Part shown: one piece after another, positions 28,129-38,376 of the stretch
Position numbering within the stretch: the first letter of the stretch is position 1
Layout: each line of letters begins with the position of its first letter
Virus record (IMG/VR): IMGVR_UViG_2713897221_000004
Span: 36,004-100,003 of that record
Source: a virus
Taxonomy: Duplodnaviria; Caudoviricetes
DNA: 64,000 nucleotides
Direction: 5' to 3' (one strand)
Program-made: the position numbers and the translations under genes
The notes under the pieces: generated by a model
The model's input: only the letters and a program-made list of their open reading frames with translations
Database searches by the model: none
What the model was told of the DNA's origin: nothing

Positions 28129-28607
28129 AGATAAAATCTCAATATTTTCAATAAGTTAATGATACATCCGTTCCGCAAGCACCATTCTTTAGAAAGGCTG
28201 GGACCCACGGCCTACACGGGTCATGGTTTTGATTGCGGAACTGATTTCGTAGGCGCTCCTAGCGGCTTAGAACCCAGTGACAGCCGCCGCCCTACAAGCA
28301 CCTAGCTCAACCCCCGCGCCAAGAGACGAACCAGTTCAAATCGATCCAATGATGGATTGGGCATAGTTTCTATAGAGACCCCGACATACAAGGCCTACAA
28401 GTTCGACCCCCGAGGTCTATACCAACTTTGTACCAAGCTTCTAGCAGTGGACCTACTGATGGCTGGCGCCCCCCCATCAAATCCGCCGCCGACGAACCAT
28501 CACTTTTTGAGACAAGGTGGCCAGGCTTGCGTGTCCCGCATACCCTGTACAAGCAAAACATACGAAGCGCTAGAGGTTAGGGAACGTCACTCAGGAGGCT
28601 ACAGCGC

Positions 28608-29987
28608 ATGTCAGTCACAATAGAGCAAGTTGCCGAATTCATCTTCGCGTATACACGGAAGTATCGTAGCGCTTACGCCAAGGCCACCGCACCGCAACCA
28701 GAAGGACCTGGCTATCCAAAATTAGTGAGATCCGCCTACCTAGACGCTACGAATCTTCAGGTTTACGTAGCGCAAGACGGAGTTGTGATATCCGTTGAAA
28801 ACGAACCCTCACACCAATGGTACATTGCTGGCGGACCGGCTCTTAAAGTCGATTATGAGCCGAGCAAGACCCCAAATGCAGTTACCAAATTCTTAAACGA
28901 CCACCAACTTCTTGGAAAACCTATTGGGATTTGCAGGATAGTAACCAAAGTCCCTCTAGCCTCATGCATATGGCGCGGTCGAATTCAAAACATCGAAAAA
29001 GAACTGACAATCGCAAACGACGAGCTTGAATTAAAACTTAATCTCAAGCAGATTAACTCGCCCTTTGAAAAAGTAGTTAATATACTGACCTTTGGGGCCT
29101 TCGGCTCCATCCTTGACCCAAACTTTCATGACGGCACAGTGGATTTTGGAAGCCCGCACATACTTAAAAACTTAGGATTCTTTCCCGCAGATCTAAACAA
29201 TAGAAGGTTTTTTGAGCATATTGAGGTGTATAGTCATGCCGATGAATCTGCGTGGGATACACGTTTGATAAATCTGCGCGTTCAGCAGGATCTCCGCCGA
29301 GATATCGGTTCAGCCTTGGCTGCAGCTGGGCGTGAACCCGGCGAAGGCACGATGTCATTCGGCGGCGAACCGCAATGGCTTGAGTCCTATAATAACCGGC
29401 TTGATTCTTTAAAAACCGCTATCAGCGACCTTGGAGATGCGTTGAGATTTCAGCCTGAGGGCATTGAATCTGTATTTCACGAAATCTTAGAAAAGCACCC
29501 TGTGTTACTGGACGTTTACGGCTCTTGCGAAAGCAAGCCTGAACTTAGCTATCCTCACGGCCAGACTTCACCCATCGGAAAGACAAAGCTTCAGCCAGAC
29601 TTCATAATCCGATATCCCGATCAATCTTACAAAATGATCGAAATCGAACGCCCCTCAAAACAAATCGCCACGACGCAGGGACAACCCAGAGCTGAGGTTG
29701 GCCAAGCCGTCTTCCAAACAGCCGAGTGGAAACATTATATAAAAACCCATTACCAACTTGTTGCATCGCGCTATCCAGGCATCCAATCAAAATGCAAGAC
29801 TTCCGTTATTATGAGCCGCTTTACTCAGCAGCATTTTAAAAGCGTATCCGATGCACGAGATTACATGGGACTGATGATGGAGCAGTTCAACATCGATGAA
29901 TTCCTAACCTTTGACGATCTCTTGGAGCGGGCAATTACCGCCTATACCATGCTTTCGGGATTGCCCCCAGAGCAAGCAGGATACTGA
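28608..29987 (+). CDS. sduA: Shedu-like anti-phage nuclease (DUF4263 C-terminus)
   Basis: ESVFHEILEKHP, PDF, IEIERP, AVFQ, TFDDLL motifs. Confidence 0.75.
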   Translation: MSVTIEQVAEFIFAYTRKYRSAYAKATAPQPEGPGYPKLVRSAYLDATNLQVYVAQDGVVISVENEPSHQWYIAGGPALKVDYEPSKTPNAVTKFLNDHQLLGKPIGICRIVTKVPLASCIWRGRIQNIEKELTIANDELELKLNLKQINSPFEKVVNILTFGAFGSILDPNFHDGTVDFGSPHILKNLGFFPADLNNRRFFEHIEVYSHADESAWDTRLINLRVQQDLRRDIGSALAAAGREPGEGTMSFGGEPQWLESYNNRLDSLKTAISDLGDALRFQPEGIESVFHEILEKHPVLLDVYGSCESKPELSYPHGQTSPIGKTKLQPDFIIRYPDQSYKMIEIERPSKQIATTQGQPRAEVGQAVFQTAEWKHYIKTHYQLVASRYPGIQSKCKTSVIMSRFTQQHFKSVSDARDYMGLMMEQFNIDEFLTFDDLLERAITAYTMLSGLPPEQAGY

Positions 29988-30187
29988 TACCTGCGCTCTC
30001 GGGTCATCACATCGTTTCAGCAAGGCATTCATATCCTGATTGCGATCTCGTATTAACAGTAAAGCCCCTCAACCCCACGAATGCTTGGTTTAAGGGGCTC
30101 TTTTACGTCCGCGTATGCACACTGTAATCGGCAATGGATTGGCATAGATTGGCATAGATTGGCGACCGGTTTGCCCCACGCCTAAAT

Positions 30188-30376
30188 CTAGTGCCAGCTT
30201 TCCGCAGGGTGCCCTAAAGTTTGCAGGTTGAAGTCCGCTATCGCTTTAAAGAGTGACTCGGCCAGGACGCGAAGACGCTCCACTTCCTGAGCAGTGCTGT
30301 CCAATGCTTGTGCATCATGGTACCGATGTATCGCCTCGATCGTTTTATGCATTATCGGATCGTCGAGCAGGATCAT
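30188..30376 (-). CDS. Small hypothetical
   Basis: AIHRYHDAQ...EVERLRVLAESL helical ORF. Confidence 0.5.
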   Translation of the reverse strand: MILLDDPIMHKTIEAIHRYHDAQALDSTAQEVERLRVLAESLFKAIADFNLQTLGHPAESWH

Positions 30377-31199
30377 GTTCGTCAGATCTCTTTCATTCTG
30401 TCGCCTCCGACATCCACTATAGCTAGCCTGATTCGACAGCCAGAGATAGGGATTCGAACCCGACCGAAGGACTCGGCAGGCCGCGATTGGCCTGTATTTG
30501 CTGGGTCAAAAGGCGGTACCTGTGGGCTGTCGCGGCCTATTTAGGCCCCAGTTATGCCCTAAATTTGCCCTAACCATTGCCCCGTTTTTCCTTGCCTCGT
30601 AGAGGGGCGCTGGATGCACTGACTACACCTCCAACACCCGCACATACGCTTGGCATGCCTGAAATGAGATCAGTCCTTGGTCGCCGTTGTCGGTGATTCC
30701 AATGATGGATTGGGCTTACTTTTAGCGTGACCCAAGGTTTACAGGGGCTGTAGCATGGCAAGATCGACCGAGTACCATTTTTGTACCAACCAATCTTCCC
30801 TAGAGGCCTAAACGGACTGTTTCTTATGACCGTTTTCGCCCCATAGCTACCCTTCGCGAAAGACAGCTACCCCTAGAAGCAGTCGCTGAACATATGTCTA
30901 CGAAACTAAGGGCGATTACGCTGTACTTCGGCATAAACCTTAGAACACGGTGACTTCGACCATTGCGCTATGCGTATCCCGGCGCTTACAGATTCCGGCT
31001 TTACCCTAACCCCGTCTCCCTCTAAGCCGCCGCTGTGGGCTTTGAAAAGCCGGGGCGTAAGGCCAGCACTAGTGTGGCCTGCTATCCGACAAAGGGCTCT
31101 CGGAAATGGTCGAAGAAATTGAAGAAACGAGGTTTCCAAAAATAGAAACCCAACTATAGTAATTTTGACCAATTTCGGTCGAACAAGGAAGTCAACGAC

Positions 31200-31550
31200 A
31201 TGTCTACTACTAAAATTACGATAAATGCGCTTTCGGCAATAAATCTGACGAATCTTTCAGAAAGCGGCAGCGGGGCGATAACGGTAAATCTGACGACCGG
31301 TAAGTACGCAGTCACGCTATCGGAAGATACGATGAAATTTGGTGGCAGTGCTTATATACAACAGGTCATTCTTTTCAGTACGACTCCGCTCAAGGATGGA
31401 AACTATGAAAAATGGTTCTATACGGTCAACACGTCGGAAGGAACGGTAATTAAAGTTGACGGTGACTATCCGGTTTATGTTTTTATCGTAGATCAACTCA
31501 ATGTCCGCGATAACTCTGGAAGTGCGACGGTAACGTTCACTCCCGTTTAA
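31200..31550 (+). CDS. Beta-sandwich protein, possible PA-IL/LecA-like lectin
   Basis: AAGGA RBS; C-terminal VFIVD...DNSGSATVTF. Confidence 0.5.
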   Translation: MSTTKITINALSAINLTNLSESGSGAITVNLTTGKYAVTLSEDTMKFGGSAYIQQVILFSTTPLKDGNYEKWFYTVNTSEGTVIKVDGDYPVYVFIVDQLNVRDNSGSATVTFTPV

Positions 31551-31938
31551 TCCGGAATAAATCGAAAAGGGGGATTGTTTTATTTACAGTCCCCCTGCTC
31601 CAAGCCCCAAAACACCTGGCACGGCACCTTTCCTGATAAACTCAGCGCACCATACCCCCCGCGGCTGCACTCAAAGCGACAGACATTCCACCCCCCTTGA
31701 ACCCCGCCACCCAGTCCGAGCCCTTGCCGCTTCTCCGCGGCCCCCATGATGGATTGGACGAACTCCAAGCTATAGGCTTTATAGCATCAGGCCCTCATCA
31801 AAAATCACCTAACCAATGTAGCAATTTTGAAGCAGGAAAAACCAAATCATCTTGTCGCTAATACCTTCAAACGTTCCAATACTGTCAATCGCTCTGTTAA
31901 GGTCGAATCCTCATAGGATTTTTTGACAGGAGGTCATC

Positions 31939-32484
31939 ATGGCGAAACCAGCCGCACGCCAAACCGACTCAACCAGTTGCCCGATCCCAGGGCATGGCAC
32001 CAACCCAATAGCTACAGGCTCCCCAAACGTTTTCTTCGACGGGCTCCCTGCTGCACGCCAAGACGATGTTTGTACCTGCGGCAGCAGCCTATCGACTGGT
32101 TTAGTCTCAACGGTATTCATCAACGGCAAGAATGCTGCAACTATCGATACCGGCGGTACTCATGGCAGCATCGTAATAGGTGGTTCCGGTACGATCATCA
32201 TCGGTGACGTCCACACGCCAGCACCATTCATACCTCCAGAGCCTCTGAACATTCTTCCCAACTGGATCGGTTTCGTTATTCCTGCATCTGAAAGCTATGC
32301 GGGAGTTATGTGCACTGCATATTTTGACGACGGCTCCTCAATGTCTGAAACTTTTGACTCGGCCAATACAGTCAAGTTCTCCAACCCTACCGGAAAACTT
32401 TGTCATACATTGGAATTTGCTCAGCATGAAGATACCTGCACTACATCAAGCATAGACGGACTATTGAAAGAAATATTGGGATAA
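31939..32484 (+). CDS. PAAR-domain protein with C-terminal extension
   Basis: PAARQTD, PAARQDD, NAATID repeats. Confidence 0.9.
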   Translation: MAKPAARQTDSTSCPIPGHGTNPIATGSPNVFFDGLPAARQDDVCTCGSSLSTGLVSTVFINGKNAATIDTGGTHGSIVIGGSGTIIIGDVHTPAPFIPPEPLNILPNWIGFVIPASESYAGVMCTAYFDDGSSMSETFDSANTVKFSNPTGKLCHTLEFAQHEDTCTTSSIDGLLKEILG

Positions 32485-32494
32485 GGATCTTCTC

Positions 32495-33277
32495 ATGACT
32501 GAACCTAACTTAGTGACCGGCAGCTATATTGTAAAAAGCGAACACACGCTAACGCAGTCGCCTCTTGAAATGGCCGTTGCTGGCATGGAGGGTGCCGCAA
32601 CCCGGTTCTCTATAGATGCAATAAAAGACGAACGAGTCCGTGCGAGTTATCAACGCAATATTAAACGAATGTCTGAACAAATCTTCTCCGATGTACGAGC
32701 AGGCAACATTAGCGTTGAAGAAGGTACAAAATTCAGTAATGAAATGCGCAACAAAATCATGTTTGAGCATCGCAAATTTACTTCCGCCCATGGCTTAGCC
32801 ATAGTACAAAAGAAGAAACAAGGCGGCAAAACCTATACAGACGTCCTCAACGAAAAGTCTAAAACTCAATTTGGTCAAAACTACGATCAACTTTCGAAAG
32901 CACAGCAGAAAGAAGTTCTATATAAAGCACTAGAGCGCTCTGGAAGCGCCAACGCCAAATTCACCTCGGGCACGAAGATCATGTCCGTTATGGGGAAGGT
33001 TGGCATTATCCTGACCGCGGCCCTAGCCACTTACGAAATACTTGAAGCTGACAACAAGGTCAAAGAAAGTGCTCGCCAAGCGACTATCTTAGGCACAGGG
33101 GCCGCAGGGGGATTTCTGGCCGGACTAGGCGTCTCTGCTATTTGTGGGCCGGCAGCCCCTGCATGCGCCATAGCCGTCATACTGATCGGAAGCGCCGCGG
33201 GAGGTGTAGCTGGCGGAGTGATCGCCGATACTTTCGATGATGAACTGGAGGAGCTTTCGCATTGGGACATATTCTGA
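32495..33277 (+). CDS. Putative T6SS membrane-active effector
   Basis: Follows PAAR; Gly/Ala-rich hydrophobic C-terminal helices. Confidence 0.55.
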   Translation: MTEPNLVTGSYIVKSEHTLTQSPLEMAVAGMEGAATRFSIDAIKDERVRASYQRNIKRMSEQIFSDVRAGNISVEEGTKFSNEMRNKIMFEHRKFTSAHGLAIVQKKKQGGKTYTDVLNEKSKTQFGQNYDQLSKAQQKEVLYKALERSGSANAKFTSGTKIMSVMGKVGIILTAALATYEILEADNKVKESARQATILGTGAAGGFLAGLGVSAICGPAAPACAIAVILIGSAAGGVAGGVIADTFDDELEELSHWDIF

Positions 33278-33630
33278 CTCCGCAAGAGAAAGCGAGTATC
33301 CAGATAGCCCTGGCTGAAACTTTTGTAGATAGCGTCGTCGACTACGCTCATATCGCAGAACGCATTCGCGGCTATGACTTAAAAATCGTGGAAGACATTC
33401 TGTATTCAGAAGTCGCCCCTGTATGCTTCAGCAACCTTGAGACACCAGTCCCTCCTATATGGACTGGTTTCAAGGACGACTGGCTATTAAATGAAATAGA
33501 AAACGAACTCAAGGCCCGAGAATCTAGCTTGATACGCCGAGCCTTTGACAAACTAAAAGTTGCATGGCTTCGCTATAGCTATGGCTATATATGGAAAGAA
33601 ATCATGAAAAACTATGACTCCGAAAAATAA
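33262..33630 (+). CDS. Putative immunity protein
   Basis: Small, overlaps effector stop; EDILYSEVAPVC motif. Confidence 0.5.
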   Translation: MGHILTPQEKASIQIALAETFVDSVVDYAHIAERIRGYDLKIVEDILYSEVAPVCFSNLETPVPPIWTGFKDDWLLNEIENELKARESSLIRRAFDKLKVAWLRYSYGYIWKEIMKNYDSEK

Positions 33631-33664
33631 AAATAAGCATTGATAGAGATCATAAGGAGGCTAC

Positions 33665-33901
33665 ATGGGCCTTACCAAACCGAATCAAGAGCTGCGCCGA
33701 GACCTGAAACAAGCAGCTGCTATTCTCAAGTGGTCCGGTGTCGATCTTTTCAAGGTTGCAGTTCGGTTATCCGAGGTTGGGCTCGAAACCGAAGCAAGGG
33801 AATTGCTCAGAATGACGAATAGCTACCAGGAAATTGAAGACCGGTTGACGGCCTATTCCAATGAGGTTAAGCAGGGACGAATTGTAAGAGCGAAACTATA
33901 A
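33665..33901 (+). CDS. Hypothetical
   Basis: AGGAGG RBS. Confidence 0.6.
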   Translation: MGLTKPNQELRRDLKQAAAILKWSGVDLFKVAVRLSEVGLETEARELLRMTNSYQEIEDRLTAYSNEVKQGRIVRAKL

Positions 33902-34086
33902 AAGACAGTAACTGCTCGTTGAAATAGAAAACTCAGCCCCCCTTATGACCACTACAGTGAGCTTTTCCGGTGACATGTAGCCATCCTCTTATTCGACTCT
34001 CTGCTTCCTCAGCTTCTTGCGAAAAGCTACGCCTGTGCTACACCTAACATTCATTCAAGGAAGTTGTTCAACCAAAGGATTACCCA

Positions 34087-34638
34087 ATGACAATCTACAG
34101 AGTTTATGTCCGAGGCCACGGTGGCGAAGAGGCGCAGAAGTTGCCTCCATCAAAGGATCTTCCGATCAGCATGATCACACTGGGTCAGTTTGGCAGCACC
34201 ATGTCCGATGAAGTCGCGGATGACTATATCTATCGTCATCGCGGCATTGATGACATCAAGGCGCAGATCAGAGACGAGGTCGTCATCTACTGGACCAAGG
34301 CGCAGCGCGACGACTGGTATGACCATCATCGCCTGAACTACTCGAAACCCGTCCTAGGCATCAATCCCTATGAAACCCTGACCCAGAACCTCGCGCTAGA
34401 TGGAGACCGTGACATCGGTGATTGCGGCGTTTGTTACTGGAACGAGCCGAAAGCGGAGTTGACGTGGATTGTCAAACTGCGCCATGGCGAAACGATTCTC
34501 CTATCGGAGATCCTTGCGAAGTTGCAAGGCATGCTCCATGGGGAGCAAGACTCCATCGAACTGTTCTGGACGGCCTGCATGAGTGCCAAGTACTGGAGCG
34601 GCAACGCCAAGAAGGTCTCTTTCAACCCTACCAAGTAG
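34087..34638 (+). CDS. Hypothetical with GHG...WTAC motifs
   Basis: AAGGA RBS; intact 183-aa ORF. Confidence 0.65.
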   Translation: MTIYRVYVRGHGGEEAQKLPPSKDLPISMITLGQFGSTMSDEVADDYIYRHRGIDDIKAQIRDEVVIYWTKAQRDDWYDHHRLNYSKPVLGINPYETLTQNLALDGDRDIGDCGVCYWNEPKAELTWIVKLRHGETILLSEILAKLQGMLHGEQDSIELFWTACMSAKYWSGNAKKVSFNPTK

Positions 34639-34967
34639 GCTGTGGTGGCGGTACCGAACGTCTGGCCGGTGACCTTGCCGCCGAAGGCGTGCTGCTGCAG
34701 GTAGAAGAACCGGGCGGCACGCTGGATATCGATCAGCGTCTCGGGGCGGGTCATCTTCTGCCACTCGAAGATCTGGCGGGAGCTGAGCGCCCATTTGAAC
34801 TGGCGGACGAACTCTTCCACATGGGCTGGCTGGGGACGCATGAAGTACAACGCGGCACCGCCAGCGAAGACTTCGACATAGCATTCGTGAGAGGGAAAGA
34901 GGGGGATCAAGCGGTCGGCTAGGCGGCGTTTGCCACCCATCCAGGGGATGATAGGAGAGGTCATTGT
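34639..34967 (-). pseudogene. Truncated phage DNA adenine methylase
   Basis: PWMGGKRRLA and EVFAGGAA present; internal NDxN segment and C-terminal DPPY half missing. Confidence 0.8.
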
Positions 34968-34980
34968 TTGCAAGTCTTTA

Positions 34981-34996
34981 CTGTATGGATAAACAG
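34981..34996. promoter_or_regulatory. LexA (SOS) box
   Basis: CTGTATGGATAAACAG upstream of the methylase. Confidence 0.7.
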
Positions 34997-35113
34997 GCTA
35001 TAGGCTCGCCGCGCTTTGTGCACAAGGCAGAGGCCGCGGCTGGACTTGCAGGAAGGGTCTGCGGGTTCGGCGGGCCGGGCTGGATGTTGACGCATCCACC
35101 CGGCTCGCCTCTT

Positions 35114-35656
35114 TTACCTGGTGACTTCGCGAACGTAGGCCTGACAGGCCTTCAACGCGATCAGTCCTCGATCGCCTTCGTCGGTGATGGCGATAATTCT
35201 TCGAGCATGCGCTGGGTCAAGCTGGGCACGTAGGGCTCCATCCACCAGGCCTCCGGTGCCGGCGGGCGCTCGCAACCCACCGTCACAACTCGAGGTGGCA
35301 ACGGATCCGGCGTCGAGTAGGACTGACAGCCGCAGATCAGCAGTAGCCAGCCGATCACGCAAGCGAGCCTGGGCTTGTTGAGCATCGTTCATCTCCTTCC
35401 AATGTGTTTTGTCTTGAGCCTGCAGGCGATCCTCCAAGTCGAGTCGTTGCGCCTGGTGTATCGCCGCCTGCCCCAGCGCTGCTTCTGCGGCCTGTTCACG
35501 CTCGCGCCCATGCGCCAGGTCTTTCGCAGCGAGCTGCCGCTCATACCCCGCCGCCTGCTTGGTAAGCTCATCGGTCTGCCACACCCAAGCAACGCGAGCA
35601 CCTACTGCCGCCCCGAACACCAGGGCCAGCACGCCCCATCTCCAGCCCAGGGACAT
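35114..35656 (-). CDS. Rz: i-spanin (Rz-like)
   Basis: N-terminal TM, coiled coil, LKACQAYV end; follows endolysin. Confidence 0.8.
   Translation of the reverse strand: MSLGWRWGVLALVFGAAVGARVAWVWQTDELTKQAAGYERQLAAKDLAHGREREQAAEAALGQAAIHQAQRLDLEDRLQAQDKTHWKEMNDAQQAQARLRDRLATADLRLSVLLDAGSVATSSCDGGLRAPAGTGGLVDGALRAQLDPAHARRIIAITDEGDRGLIALKACQAYVREVTR
35161..35385 (-). CDS. Rz1: Embedded o-spanin (Rz1-like lipoprotein)
   Basis: Alternate frame in Rz; LLLICG-C lipobox; Pro-rich. Confidence 0.7.
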   Translation of the reverse strand: MLNKPRLACVIGWLLLICGCQSYSTPDPLPPRVVTVGCERPPAPEAWWMEPYVPSLTQRMLEELSPSPTKAIED

Positions 35657-36207
35657 CAGATCAGCACCTGCTCGGCTCGCTTGTAGATCGCCAGACGATC
35701 ATCCAAACCGTTGAGTCCACCGTTGATCCGCCGGGTGATCGCCTCGAACGCCGACGGCCCCTTGTCGGCCAGCGAATTGAGGCCGGCCAGGTGCCAGAAC
35801 CAACCGGCCGAGTCGGCAGCATGCTCCGGACGCTCGAGGAGCTCCGGATGGTTGAGCAGATCAAGCCCCAGCGCTTCGCCGCAACGCTGGTAGTTGGCAC
35901 GACCGGTCACCTGGATCAGGCCACGACCGTGATACTTTTGGCCGTCGCCGTCGGCTTCGAGCGTGTTGCCCAGTCGCGCAGCGAGCTTGCCGGTGTCGTA
36001 CTTGGCCAGGTACTGATCGCCGCCCAGCTCGCGGACGTAGCGCAGCTGACCAGACTCATGGCCGACCTGGGCCAGGAACGCACGCTTACGCAGCGGGGTG
36101 ACGATGCCCCACTTCACCATCGACGCGTTCAGTACAGGAAGAAAAACGCCGGCTTGAGTGCCGGCGTTGGGGAGGATCTGTTGCAGTTGCTTGAGAGTGA
36201 CAGTCAT
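35656..36207 (-). CDS. GH19 endolysin
   Basis: FLAQVGHES, GRGLIQVTGRANY, ITRRINGG. Confidence 0.92.
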   Translation of the reverse strand: MTVTLKQLQQILPNAGTQAGVFLPVLNASMVKWGIVTPLRKRAFLAQVGHESGQLRYVRELGGDQYLAKYDTGKLAARLGNTLEADGDGQKYHGRGLIQVTGRANYQRCGEALGLDLLNHPELLERPEHAADSAGWFWHLAGLNSLADKGPSAFEAITRRINGGLNGLDDRLAIYKRAEQVLI

Positions 36208-36230
36208 CTTGAATCTCCTGCTGTGGCCAC

Positions 36231-37289
36231 TCAGGCCGGTTTCACATCGACCACCTTCAGTGGCTTGTCGGATTTCTTTTTCTTGCCCTTGGCCTTCGCC
36301 TTGCCCTTCTTGCCGCCGTTGCACTCCACCGCGGTCGACCAGCCGGAGGCGTCGAAGGTCTGCTCGACGCTGTCGACCAGGTACTGGCCATCCAGTCCCA
36401 GCTTGAATCCCTGGGCATTGATCAAACGCTCGGCGAACAGATCGCTGCGCCCAGGCATCTGCAAGCGCACACTGGCAGTGGTGCGGTTGAACGCCGCGAG
36501 CTTCGCTTTGGCCGCCTGTTCGGCTGCTGACTTGTTCGGGTAGATGTGTCGATCGGTGTGCACGCCCGGTAGCCCCGAGGGGGCGTCGTCATTACCCAGC
36601 TCGACCACCACCAACTTCCCGGTCTTCTTGTCCTGGTGCTGGGTCTTCACGGACTTCTGTGCGCTGCGATCCCCGAGGCGGAACTGCCACCGGCTCACGT
36701 CCGCCGGCGCGATAGTGACCACCCCAAAGGTCTTGCCGCTGGCACCCTGACTGGCTTCACGGGGCAGGACCAGCAGCTTGCCGTCCGCGACTTTCGCGGT
36801 GCAGTCGTACTGCTTGGCCAGGCGGGTGATGAAGTTGAAGTCCGACTCGTTACGCTGGTCGACTCGGTCGACCTTTGTCTGCACGGGGCAGGCCGGTGCC
36901 CAGCCGTTGCGGGCCGCAATGTCGCGGACGATCTGCGACAGCGGCACGCCCTCCCAGCTGCCGCTGCGCGTGGTCTTACCGCTGCCGCGCATGTCACTGG
37001 CCTTGCCCCGGATGACCATCTCGCGCGGCGGCCCAGAGACTTCGATCTCGTCGACGGTGTACCGCCCGAGGCGGGCCAGCGCCTGCCCCGCATAGCCCAG
37101 GTAGACCTCGATCCCCGCGCCTCGAGCGGGCAAGGCGACCGCTGCATCGCGGTCATCGATCCGCAGCTCGAACTCGTCGGAGTCCATCCCTGGCTTGTCG
37201 GTTGTTCTCAGCAGCAACAACCGGTCATTGATCAGCGCCGTGATGTCCGCGCCATCAGCGACGATGCGAAAGGTGGGTTGCATATGCAC
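36231..37289 (-). CDS. Late control/baseplate hub GpD
   Basis: QRNESDFNFITRLA motif. Confidence 0.88.
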   Translation of the reverse strand: MHMQPTFRIVADGADITALINDRLLLLRTTDKPGMDSDEFELRIDDRDAAVALPARGAGIEVYLGYAGQALARLGRYTVDEIEVSGPPREMVIRGKASDMRGSGKTTRSGSWEGVPLSQIVRDIAARNGWAPACPVQTKVDRVDQRNESDFNFITRLAKQYDCTAKVADGKLLVLPREASQGASGKTFGVVTIAPADVSRWQFRLGDRSAQKSVKTQHQDKKTGKLVVVELGNDDAPSGLPGVHTDRHIYPNKSAAEQAAKAKLAAFNRTTASVRLQMPGRSDLFAERLINAQGFKLGLDGQYLVDSVEQTFDASGWSTAVECNGGKKGKAKAKGKKKKSDKPLKVVDVKPA

Positions 37290-37340
37290 TCCAGAATGAA
37301 AGAGCCCCGCACTGGGCGGGGCTCGTTGAGGGCTGGGGGG

Positions 37341-37547
37341 TTACCCCCACAGCTCGATGGTTTCGATCGATGGCGCAGCAAGGTCGGGCAGCACGATCAC
37401 CACCCCAGTGCGGTAGGGCTGCGGCTCATCGGCCAGACCCGGGTTCTCCTGCAGCACCAACTCGACAGTGCCGTTAAGGTGTCCGTAGTGCTGGTAGCAC
37501 AGGGTGTCGAGCAGATCCCCGTCAGACGTTCTGCATGTCGTTGCCAT
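37341..37547 (-). CDS. Tail protein X
   Basis: GDLLDTLCYQHYG...NPGLA. Confidence 0.88.
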   Translation of the reverse strand: MATTCRTSDGDLLDTLCYQHYGHLNGTVELVLQENPGLADEPQPYRTGVVIVLPDLAAPSIETIELWG

Positions 37548-38367
37548 ACTTCACGAACTCCAGTGAGAAACCCTGCTTGCGTGGGATGCCGCCAGCCAAC
37601 AGCGCGCCCTGCTCTTCATCGACGCTCAGCAGGCACCAGGTGCCGAGTACGTCACCGTAACCGGTGACCAAGCTGACCGGTTGCAGCCGGCGGGCGATAG
37701 CGCGAAGGGTGTCCAACTGCTTGATCCCCCCCTTGAAGCCGGGATAGATCACCCCCTTCAGCGTCATCTTGTCCTCGCCCTGCCCCACCGCCTGTTGCGC
37801 GATATCCCGCGTCAGACGCTCCTGGCCGGCCCAGCGCGCTGCCGTTTGCCGTCGCAGCTCGTCGAACGCAGCGGTGTCCAGATTGAAGTAATACGGCTGC
37901 AGCTTGGCATCGAGCGGCTGCAGGATCAGCAGATGCGGGAAGGGCTTGATCGCCTCGGCCGCCGGCGTCGCCAGCGATGCGAGCGCGCTAGTCGGCAGGA
38001 TGTTGGCCAACGACGGACTAACCTGGCCGGCTATCCGGTTGATTGCCGCCGACGCCTTGCCGGCCTGTTCCTTCAGCACGCCGAGACGGTCCTGCACCGC
38101 CGCGGCGCCACTGACCACCTGGCTGTAGGTGGATGCCACCCGACCCACGGTGGATTGGGCTGCGCTGATCGCCCGCATGGTGCGCTGCAGCTTCTGGCCG
38201 AGGGCCGGGCCGATGATCGGCAAGCCCTCCAGCTCGGCAGCAGCACCCGTCATATCGCTCACAGCACCAGTCAGCGGCCCGAGCATGCCGTCAAGACTGG
38301 TACGGCCAGCCTCCCCCGCGGCAATCAACGAAGACAGCGTCGACTGCATAGACTCCATGTAGGCCAT
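37522..38367 (-). CDS. GpU-like tail protein
   Basis: Position and C-terminal GpU-like domain. Confidence 0.75.
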   Translation of the reverse strand: MAYMESMQSTLSSLIAAGEAGRTSLDGMLGPLTGAVSDMTGAAAELEGLPIIGPALGQKLQRTMRAISAAQSTVGRVASTYSQVVSGAAAVQDRLGVLKEQAGKASAAINRIAGQVSPSLANILPTSALASLATPAAEAIKPFPHLLILQPLDAKLQPYYFNLDTAAFDELRRQTAARWAGQERLTRDIAQQAVGQGEDKMTLKGVIYPGFKGGIKQLDTLRAIARRLQPVSLVTGYGDVLGTWCLLSVDEEQGALLAGGIPRKQGFSLEFVKYGNDMQNV

Positions 38368-38376
38368 GGCACCTCC

